From NCBI GenBank assembly GCA_038121585.1, contig JAYONY010000001.1:201903-265902 (forward strand): 64,000 nucleotides of DNA. Reading direction: 5' to 3'. This stretch comes from an archaeon. Lineage in GTDB: Archaea; Nanobdellota; Nanobdellia; Pacearchaeales; GW2011-AR1. The translations under genes were made by a program, and so were the position numbers. Each line of letters starts with the position of its first letter. The stretch's first letter is position 1. A model generated the notes under the pieces. The model had not been told where the DNA came from and searched no databases. It saw nothing but the letters and a program-made list of their open reading frames with translations. Positions 8,381-17,000 of this stretch are shown piece by piece.

Positions 8381-9304
8381 ATGAGTTACGTTAAACGATG
8401 CCCTGAATGTTCAAGCATACATCTTACGTATGACGATCAACTAGGTGAAATCACATGTACTGAGTGTGGCCTCCTTATTGAAGAACAAATGGTTGATACC
8501 GGCCAAGACGTTGGCGGCCAATTCGATAAGGCTGATAAGAAAGGCCGTGGTGGAGCTCCATTATCTATTCAAAAGTTCGACTCAGGACTAACCACGAACG
8601 TTGGTGAAATCTCAGATATTTACAAGTTAGAATCAGGACAAACCCGTAAATTCTTGCGTTTGAAAAAATGGCAAGAGCGAGTATCAACTTCAATTGAACG
8701 AAACTTGCGACTAGCAATGGCTGAACTTCGAAGAGTAGCTTCATTTCTTACATTGCCATCCGTTGTGCGTGATGAAGCAGCACGCGTATATCGATTTGTA
8801 CTCCAACGAGGACTCGTTCGAGGTCGTTCTATGGAATCAGTTATTGCAGCATGTATTTACGCAGCGTGTCGTTCATATAATATTCCACGAACACTTGACG
8901 AAATCGCGTCAGCATCTGACGTACCACGAAAAGAAATTGGCCGAACATACCGATTCATTATTCGAAAGCTCGGTATCAAAGTGAAACCTTCATCACCAAA
9001 AGATTACATTTCACGATTTTCAAGCATTTTGCATCTTTCACCAAAGTCGCAAAACCACGCGTTGACAATCCTAAAGAAAGCTGACATTTCAGAATTAACA
9101 TCTGGCCGTGGACCTGCAGGCATTGCAGCAGCAGCACTCTACGTCTCAGCACTCTTAAATGACGAGAAGAAAACGCAAAGAGAAGTCGCTGACGTAGCAG
9201 GCATTACTGAAGTAACAATTCGTAACCGGTACAAAGAGCTTATCGACCGATTAGGTATTGAAGACAAGCTCAAAATGAAAGAAGCTGATAATAAGCGCAA
9301 GTAA
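8381..9304 (+). CDS. tfb: Transcription initiation factor IIB (TFB)
   Basis: 307 aa. N-terminal Zn ribbon CPECSS..CTECG. Two cyclin-fold repeats (AACIYAACR.., AAAALYVSA..). Confidence 0.95.
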   Translation: MSYVKRCPECSSIHLTYDDQLGEITCTECGLLIEEQMVDTGQDVGGQFDKADKKGRGGAPLSIQKFDSGLTTNVGEISDIYKLESGQTRKFLRLKKWQERVSTSIERNLRLAMAELRRVASFLTLPSVVRDEAARVYRFVLQRGLVRGRSMESVIAACIYAACRSYNIPRTLDEIASASDVPRKEIGRTYRFIIRKLGIKVKPSSPKDYISRFSSILHLSPKSQNHALTILKKADISELTSGRGPAGIAAAALYVSALLNDEKKTQREVADVAGITEVTIRNRYKELIDRLGIEDKLKMKEADNKRK

Positions 9305-9306
9305 GC

Positions 9307-9618
9307 ATGGTCAGACAACGAATTTCTAATGAACTATTAGCAGAGCACTACAAATCCATTGTAGACCAGTATGGCACGCCTACTAAAGACCCATGCATGC
9401 TCGATAGCCGTACTCGACAACAAGAAACAATTGCTGGCCTTACCACAAATTTACAAGAATTCTATGAGAGCAATAAAAGCCTTAAAGGAATGCGCTTGCA
9501 CACCTACCGCATCAGTCCTAAAACACAAGGAATTTTAGAGCTCATACTCAAGCGAGGGGTTGCAGACGCTACGCAAGAACTCGAAAATGCACGAAGAAGC
9601 ACTACTACGTTTGAGTAG
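9307..9618 (+). CDS. Hypothetical helical protein, paralogue A
   Basis: 103 aa. Starts 3 nt after the tfb stop. Homologous to the next ORF (NELLAEHYKSIVDQYG / TQGILELILKRG). Confidence 0.55.
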   Translation: MVRQRISNELLAEHYKSIVDQYGTPTKDPCMLDSRTRQQETIAGLTTNLQEFYESNKSLKGMRLHTYRISPKTQGILELILKRGVADATQELENARRSTTTFE

Positions 9619-9649
9619 CTTTAAAAAGCAAGTATGCAACGTTGAGCTA

Positions 9650-9985
9650 ATGAACCCTACAAATGAAGAATTAGCCAATGACTATGATAAGCTCATCTAT
9701 CAATTTGGGAGTAATTCTAAAAGACCACGAAAAAGTGTTAGAGACGAGCAAAAAAAGATTATTGCAAGTATTGAATACAGTATCAAAGACTACTTTGTAG
9801 ATAATGAGAGTTTAGAAAAAATGCCTGCAGAAGGACTCAGAGAACAAACAAGAGGTATTCTTGAATTACGACTACAAAGAGGATTTGCAGGTGCTAAAGA
9901 TGCACTGTACACTATGCGCGCAGAAGATATTCGATTAGGAACGTATCGGACTGGCAAAGGCACTAAGTCCTTAGGAGATGAATAA
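9650..9985 (+). CDS. Hypothetical helical protein, paralogue B
   Basis: The track ORF starts at 9560 and overlaps paralogue A. ATG 9650 (MNPTNEELANDYDKLIYQFG.. TRGILELRLQRG) aligns with paralogue A. Confidence 0.55.
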   Translation: MNPTNEELANDYDKLIYQFGSNSKRPRKSVRDEQKKIIASIEYSIKDYFVDNESLEKMPAEGLREQTRGILELRLQRGFAGAKDALYTMRAEDIRLGTYRTGKGTKSLGDE

Positions 9986-9987
9986 GC

Positions 9988-10746
9988 ATGCAAAACATTC
10001 TCGTTGTTCATCGTGATAAACCTTCTAAAAAGCAAGAAGAAATATTTGACGATCCAAAACTAACGTTCAAACACCTTTGGAAGAATACCTTAACGAATGA
10101 GTGTACAAAAGGCATGGATGCAGTAATAGCAATTGGCGGGGATGGAACGATAATGTCTGCTTCACACTACCTCAAAAAAATACCTTTGCTCGCGTTAAAC
10201 GATAAACCCCGAAGAAGTATTGGGGCGCATGCAACAGGAACGATTACACAGCTCCCAAAAAAACTAGAAGAACTTGCATCAAACACGTTTAAAACGGAAT
10301 TGCTCGAGCGAATACGCATTAGTATTAATGATGAAAAAGTAGAACCATTAGCGCTCAACGAAGTTTTTTTTGCGAATGAACGGGCGTACTTAGTCTCAAA
10401 TTATCTCCTAAAATATAAGCAGTTTATTGAAAAGCAAAAAAGTTCTGGTGTAATAATTAGCACAGGAACAGGTTCGACAGCGTGGTTTAAGTCATCAGGA
10501 GGAATTCCATTTAGCCCACAATCAAAATTTGTCAAGATGATTATTCGCGAACCGTTTATGGGTCATAAAGAAAGAAAGTACACGTACAAGTTGTTAAAAA
10601 CACAAATTAACGAGGGTGAAACAATGCACATTACTGCGAATACCCCAAGTGTTCTCGCAATAGATTCTATTCGAGAGTTTCACCTTAAAACTGGCGACAC
10701 GATAACTATTGAAATTTCTGAATTTCCACTGAAACGAATAATCTAA
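9988..10746 (+). CDS. nadK: NAD kinase
   Basis: 252 aa. AIGGDGTIMSA, NEVFF and STGTGSTAW motifs. Confidence 0.8.
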   Translation: MQNILVVHRDKPSKKQEEIFDDPKLTFKHLWKNTLTNECTKGMDAVIAIGGDGTIMSASHYLKKIPLLALNDKPRRSIGAHATGTITQLPKKLEELASNTFKTELLERIRISINDEKVEPLALNEVFFANERAYLVSNYLLKYKQFIEKQKSSGVIISTGTGSTAWFKSSGGIPFSPQSKFVKMIIREPFMGHKERKYTYKLLKTQINEGETMHITANTPSVLAIDSIREFHLKTGDTITIEISEFPLKRII

Positions 10747-10785
10747 CACAGCAGTTGTTAAATAGGCCGGAATCCGAATCAGTTA

Positions 10786-11496
10786 ATGAATAAAAAAGAA
10801 TTTACAAAAAGAGTGATTGAATCCCAAAAAGAGCTTACAATAATTACCAAAAGTAAAAAAGAAATTATTGTGAAGGCAAAACGCGGACCTTCAAAGCCCA
10901 CAAAAATCCCTTTAGAAATGAATAACGAACTCGCATTCTTCATTGCAGCAATAATTGGAGATGGCCACTTAAAGAAATCAAAGTATCAAACAGTTTTCGA
11001 GGTACAAGATAAAAAACTTGTTTTGAGAATGCAAGAAATTTGTAAGAAAAATTTCAACAGAATTTTTTCAATTAATGAACGAATAAATAAGGAAAAGAAA
11101 TATTTTGTTTTATACATCGATAGCAAGGCAATTCAAAATTATCTTAATTATGCATTAGAAATTCCAACTGGAAAGAAAAGCCATCTAGTAAAAGTACCTA
11201 ATATAGTTCAGAAGGGTTCAAAATCAATCAAGATATCATTTCTACAAGGAATTTTTGCCACAGAAGGAGGAAATCGAAGGAGAGGATATGGGGTTTCAAC
11301 AGCAAGCAAACAATTGTGGAACGATTTAGTAAAACTATTAGAAGATTTGAAGATCACTGTTAAGACAGATATTTGGACGCACAAAAAGTATAAAAGGGAA
11401 TATTATGGATTAGTATTTAGAAAGGAGTTCCTTTCTAAACTAAGCGGGGATACCGAAGCGGTCAAACGGGATAGGTTTAGGACCTATTGTGCTTAG
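10786..11496 (+). CDS. Free-standing double-motif LAGLIDADG homing endonuclease-like protein
   Basis: 236 aa. Motifs LAFFIAAIIGDGHL and ISFLQGIFATEGG. The last 53 nt, including the stop TAG, lie inside tRNA-Leu. Confidence 0.75.
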   Translation: MNKKEFTKRVIESQKELTIITKSKKEIIVKAKRGPSKPTKIPLEMNNELAFFIAAIIGDGHLKKSKYQTVFEVQDKKLVLRMQEICKKNFNRIFSINERINKEKKYFVLYIDSKAIQNYLNYALEIPTGKKSHLVKVPNIVQKGSKSIKISFLQGIFATEGGNRRRGYGVSTASKQLWNDLVKLLEDLKITVKTDIWTHKKYKREYYGLVFRKEFLSKLSGDTEAVKRDRFRTYCA

Positions 11497-11528
11497 TGCC
11501 TACCTAGGTTCGAATCCTAGTCCCCGCA
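11444..11528 (+). tRNA. tRNA-Leu (anticodon TAG)
   Basis: Hand-folded. Acceptor GCGGGGA/TCCCCGC. Anticodon arm ATAGG-TTTAGGA-CCTAT. Long variable arm. T arm CTAGG-TTCGAAT-CCTAG. Discriminator A. Confidence 0.85.
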
Positions 11529-11745
11529 TATCAGGGCTACAAGCCCTGCTGGACTCTGAATTGTAGACATTGCACGACTTCTGAACATTGGTTGCTGGAT
11601 TCACAAAAACCCGCAGGAGGTTTTTGTTTCGAATATCTCAATAACGTTAGTGCTAAGATTCCCAAAATTACGAAGTAATTTTTAGGACATAGTCCCATTC
11701 TGAACAATTAATTTTTAGAACAGAGTATCAATGTAGTAAGAATTT

Positions 11746-13719
11746 CTAAATCTGGCCGTTAATATCTGTTTTGACGAGATACACCTCTCCCCCGCAAGTA
11801 GTCGTACATTCAACTGCAGTACCCACACCAACGTATTTTCCAGCATCAACAAACCCACCCATAAAAATAGAGTCGTATACTGAACCAGAAGTTGGATGAT
11901 ACTCTTCAACCCATTCAAGTGCTCGTGTTGCACCATCAATTTTCATAATGATTGCTCGTTCAGGAGATGTTGCTTCAGAAAAACCAAATAGAATGAAGTC
12001 CTCACCATCATAATCAAATTCAAGCCCTATATACTCTTCAGGTAGCGAATACGTTTCTGACCACAGAAAATTTCCACTTGCATCCCAGGCAATCAATTCC
12101 AAACCATCAGGGGATTCATCATATCCAAGCACTACAACATCACCATTTACTCCAGGGAGCTGCAGTATATCAAGCGCGAGGAAATCATCTGAATTGTATT
12201 GTACTGACGGTTGTGCAACCCCTGATGCAGCATTGATTCGAATCCAAGCAGGATAATATGCAGACGTGCCTACATCAGAAGTGACACCTGTAACAAGAAT
12301 ATCTCCATTCGAAGCCTCTCGAAGAGAAATAGTGAGATCGTCCTCGCCAGGAGTAATATCATACTCATTTTCCCAATCTATTTGTGGCTGATTAGTTACA
12401 GGATCTACACTTACTTTTTCAACAAAGAAATTTTCATTTGTTACACTACTCATAAAGCCAGTTACTACAATATCACCATTGCTTAAGAGTATAAGATCAT
12501 GAATAGTTTCAAATCCAATAGTGCTACCAACTTGTTGCTCCCATTCAATAATCTGCCCTGTTGAATCAAATTTCAAAATAAGCAATGCATCAGGCGTTTG
12601 AGATTGATCAATTACGGTTGCAACATACCCTCCATCAGACAATTGTGCAACTCCGCCAGAAAAATATCCGACAATAATAGACCCAAATGATACAGCACTT
12701 GAAGGAACAGATTCCCACTCAAACACTCCCGCTCCTGAAAACTTAACAAGCCTAAAGAGCTGTTGTGAACCACGAGTTAATACAACATAGCCCCCGTCAG
12801 CAGTACTAGCAACCGCAAGTCCAAAATCATCTGCAATTGAACCATACGTTGTTTCAAATGTCCCACCAATACATCCTTCATCAAATAACCCATCAGCATC
12901 ATCATCTAGCGAGTTACACATTTCATCCACTCCAGGACTTATTTCAGCAGTTGAGGTAAAGTCAGAATTGTATGTTGGTGCAATCGTAAGTGGTGGCTGT
13001 CCTGAAATAGGGAATAAGTGGAGAAGCAGCGTTATTGCATCTGCAATATTGACAGTGTTATCATTGTTTGTATCTCCTGCGTCAACACATTCTGCTGCAT
13101 ATGCATCAAATGGCGGGACAAAGAGAGTATTGAGGATAAAGATTGCGTCTCCGATATTTCTCGTACCGCTAAGATCTACATCTCCTCGAATAAAGGTTGC
13201 TGCAGGTCCAGTACATACGCTCGCGAGCGTTCCTAACCCTCCGGGCCCGAGTTGAATGCCAGTGTATTCTGTAGGTACTTCATCAATAAGCTGGTTTCGG
13301 CGAATAAGCGAGGATTCTAAGTCTTGCATGAGCTCTAGGAGTGCAACGCCATCGTACACGTCTGTTGTGCCGTCTTGGTTCACGTCTCGTTCATATGCTG
13401 GCAAGTCTGAGATAGTGAGTGAAGCATAGGTTGTATCAACTGCTTGTAGTAAGTATACTGCGTCAGCAACGGTTAACTCACCGTTTCCATCAACATCCCC
13501 TAACACACCCGTTGTCTCACCGCTTATTTTCGGTTCTTCTTTCGTCGTTTCAGGCGTTAATTGCGTTCTTGAATCCTCTTTTGTTGCAGTCGTGCGTTCC
13601 GGCGCGAGTGCCGTGTCAGTGCCAACATTCGTTACTGTTACAACATACCCAATTGCAAGCCCCACGACGGTAATAGCTGCGATTACAACTACGATACCAC
13701 TCATCCCTCTTGTTTCCAT
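11746..13719 (-). CDS. Secreted protein with two dockerin-like modules and beta-propeller-like repeats
   Basis: 657 aa. N-terminus METRGMSGIVVVIAAITVVGLAIG. EF-hand/dockerin repeats DVDGNGELTVADAVYLL, DVNQDGTTDVYDGVALL, GDVDLSGTRNIGDAIFIL, GDTNNDNTVNIADAITLL. Recurring (S/A)DGGYV / SNGDI(V/L)VTG repeats. Confidence 0.7.
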   Translation of the reverse strand: METRGMSGIVVVIAAITVVGLAIGYVVTVTNVGTDTALAPERTTATKEDSRTQLTPETTKEEPKISGETTGVLGDVDGNGELTVADAVYLLQAVDTTYASLTISDLPAYERDVNQDGTTDVYDGVALLELMQDLESSLIRRNQLIDEVPTEYTGIQLGPGGLGTLASVCTGPAATFIRGDVDLSGTRNIGDAIFILNTLFVPPFDAYAAECVDAGDTNNDNTVNIADAITLLLHLFPISGQPPLTIAPTYNSDFTSTAEISPGVDEMCNSLDDDADGLFDEGCIGGTFETTYGSIADDFGLAVASTADGGYVVLTRGSQQLFRLVKFSGAGVFEWESVPSSAVSFGSIIVGYFSGGVAQLSDGGYVATVIDQSQTPDALLILKFDSTGQIIEWEQQVGSTIGFETIHDLILLSNGDIVVTGFMSSVTNENFFVEKVSVDPVTNQPQIDWENEYDITPGEDDLTISLREASNGDILVTGVTSDVGTSAYYPAWIRINAASGVAQPSVQYNSDDFLALDILQLPGVNGDVVVLGYDESPDGLELIAWDASGNFLWSETYSLPEEYIGLEFDYDGEDFILFGFSEATSPERAIIMKIDGATRALEWVEEYHPTSGSVYDSIFMGGFVDAGKYVGVGTAVECTTTCGGEVYLVKTDINGQI

Positions 13720-13751
13720 TGACTGACTATATCAAAGTTACTTTATATTAG

Positions 13752-14051
13752 TTACCGTGATGCTATTACCTGTAATGCCGCTACATCTAAAGAATCAACT
13801 ACGCAATCACCGTTTACGTCTGCTTCGCGATAATTAATGATTGCGCGTTCTCGTGCTAAGTATTGCGTTAGAAGTGTTGCGTCATCTAGCGTTACTTCCC
13901 CGTCTGAATTAATATCTCCATCGCCTTCTGAACAATCGGGAGATAACGCAATTCGTTCTAATCGTGTGGATGTAACATACGTGAATCCCAAAACGAGCAC
14001 TATCCCCAAAATTATAATTGCGATTTTATAGCTAAGATGGAGTTGCTTCAT
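13752..14051 (-). CDS. Small membrane-anchored dockerin-module protein
   Basis: 99 aa. TM IAIIILGIVLVLGF followed by one dockerin pair: GDINSDGEVTLDDATLLTQYL and DVNGDCVVDSLDVAALQ. Confidence 0.65.
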   Translation of the reverse strand: MKQLHLSYKIAIIILGIVLVLGFTYVTSTRLERIALSPDCSEGDGDINSDGEVTLDDATLLTQYLARERAIINYREADVNGDCVVDSLDVAALQVIASR

Positions 14052-14088
14052 GATACTAAGGGTACGACGAGGTTTTTAACAATTGTGA

Positions 14089-17000
14089 CTAATCAGCTTG
14101 TGTCAATTCCCGAGTGTCTGCATTAAAGCGATAGTTCTCTGCAAAGAAATATATGAACCCGTCTTCTTCTGGATGTATAAAATTACTAGGAAATATTTCC
14201 CAATTGGCCTCTTCTCGAATTATTGCCATAGTACCATCATCGCTCCAGAACTTCCAAAAGCCAAGTTCGTACCAGCTAAAGTCTTTTTCAATAGTGACTT
14301 CGTTGGGCCCTTGCTCGATATAATACCCCGTGTATTCCCCATCCTCAAAAATAGCAAGACTAGTACTTACTTCAATCCCATTACCAGTTATACCGTCTGC
14401 ATTTCCTTCTGAAGGTGCATTGTCTGATGAATCTTCTGACGTACTGCTTGACTCAGACGTTACCGCTACCGCTCCAAGGGATTTTGCGTGGAATCGGTCT
14501 GTTATAACTGCGTACACATCACCGATAAGGAGGTTGCGTGCTGCTACATGTTCTTGTAAGATAACCCCTCCAAGCCTGAGCTGTATGGTGTCGAGGATCA
14601 CTTCATAATCGGCGAGTGAAAATGTTTCGGGAGTGCGTATAGCATACAAGTCTGAGCGGAGTTCATCGATTTGTCCGTACACAATGTTTGGATCTACTGC
14701 TGCGGCTCGCTTATCAAGTTCTGATCGCTGTATTGCCTGGAGTTCGCTGAGTGTTTGGTTTTTGAGCCCTTCAGTTATTTTTTGGTTTGAACTCAGCGCG
14801 TCATCAACACTACGCTTGTCAAGCCAGCAGGTTACGGTATCATCACCACAATACCCTACATCAACATAACGCGTTGGGTCTGTTGCACTACCCGGATTTA
14901 CGTTTGAACAGATACGCACTATTCCTTGTTCGAAGACTTGCGGATTCACAAGTTCTTCTACTGCTTGTTGCGGATTAAGCGTGAGCGGTACATTAGTTGG
15001 TTGTAAGGTTGGCCCTGAGATACATTCTTGTTCTGACGTAATATCTGCATTCGTGAGTTCTTCAGCTACGAATGCATCACGCAGTTGCTCGATTGCAAAA
15101 CTAGTAGTTACTTGTTCGAACCCACATTCTTCGACCCCATTTATACTCACGCATAATTGCTGGTAACCTGATGGTAGGGTAAGGTCTCTGCTTTCAGTTG
15201 CGAATTCTCCGCGTGGAATAAATCCTGATGCCACACTTGCCGTTGGGTTAATACCAAACGTTCCTCCTTGTGGCGGATCTTTCAAGTACACTTGATAGTT
15301 TACCCCTTGATCATCTCCAGCAAAGATGTGATAGAATACTTTGTAGCGTGATGTTGGAGGAGGTATTGCATCTGAAAACGGTGAACTACTAAAGTAGGCA
15401 TGGAATTGATGCGGACTGTCTGGCTCTATGAGTGCTTGGAAGTCTGCTCCGATAGGGAAACTTCCGGAGATAAACCCTTGGCAGAGCGGTGAGCCTGCCT
15501 CTTCTATTGAGCGAACATTATAGGCTGAGATTGCATTGACGGCATATTCTTGCGTGAAGAAATCAACTGAGTTTTCAACATTTTGAATTACTGCACTGCC
15601 AGTAGCATATTCTCCGCCACCTCGTGCACCGCTAAATCCTGAAAAGAGCCGTGGCACTACGATTTCTGCAAGTGATATTGCTGGTTCCCAAAAGAGCTTA
15701 CACGTATTTACAGAAGTGATTTCATCACAAATACCTGTGAGTTGTCCAGTATCAATACTTTCTTGTAAACACGCTCGGTGTGACTCAAGGATTGAAGTGT
15801 ATCCCTGAATTCCTGCGTGAATACCGCTTAAACATACGGGGACGTACACTCCTTCGTTAATATTTGGCAAGCATAAGAGTGCTCCTCCAACAATCCCTGT
15901 TCGTACGACGTCTGCTACTTGATAATTACCTCCAAAGTCACATCGTGATGGCGGGCAGATGACAGGATCACATGCGTTGAAGAGGAGTTGGCACTCGCCT
16001 GGACTCATAAATTCCTGACATGCTGTTTTACTCACAGCATTTGCTGGTGTTCCACGCCTGAGTTGTTCATCAAAAATTGAGATGAATTCGTTACCGTACT
16101 GTTGTGCTGCTTCGATAAGTGCTGATTTTGCATCATGAATGATTTGTGATGATTTTGTCGCACTTAAGCCAAAAACTTGCCCATTATCTGAAATACCTAC
16201 ATCAACTCGTTGACAAGGGTCTTCATCACCGATAAGCCCGTTTGGCCCCACGTTACAAATCTTAAATGATCGAGGCTCTCCTGCTTCTGTATAACTCGCA
16301 ATATTACTTCCTACCCCGATAATAGGTTCGACTTTTACATAATACCCTCGTTGAAAGTCGAAAGGTACAAGTGCAGGTAACCCTTCATACGGTGCTGACT
16401 CAAAATATTTCACTTCTCGGCTACTTGCTTTTATAGGGTACTGGTACGTGTCGGAGGGAACATCCTGAAATCCAGAAATACCAAAATCATTAATGAATTC
16501 CTGTACGTTTTGTGATTGACTGCCAGTAGGTGCAAAACTTTCTGTTAGTACAATATCTCCGTTTTCTGCCCGTTCATAATAATAGATTTCTTGCGCTTGA
16601 AGCACTCCGTCTGCTCGTGTTCCGAGTACTGCAAAACTTTCTGGCACGCTACCATCTCCGAGTGCTCTCCCGGATACGAAGATGATACCATCACTGCTAC
16701 CGCTGTACGGTGCATTAGTTCCTGAATAGACGATAGTGTCTCCGTTTGCGATTTGCCCACTTGACCCAATAGCATATACTTTACCGATTGCTGGCATTGC
16801 ATTACGAGCTGTTGCCCCGATAGATGCAACTTGGAGTGGTCCAATGCCTTCTGAAGCCCCTCGTGCTTGTTCGAGCTCTTCAAATATTGATTGTCGTTCT
16901 TCTACTTTTGTTTGTACTTCTGAGAATAAGGCTTGTGATCGTGCAGTGTAGGTGCTCCCTTGCCCTTGCATACACAGCTCCATGTCCATTGCGCGCAGAT

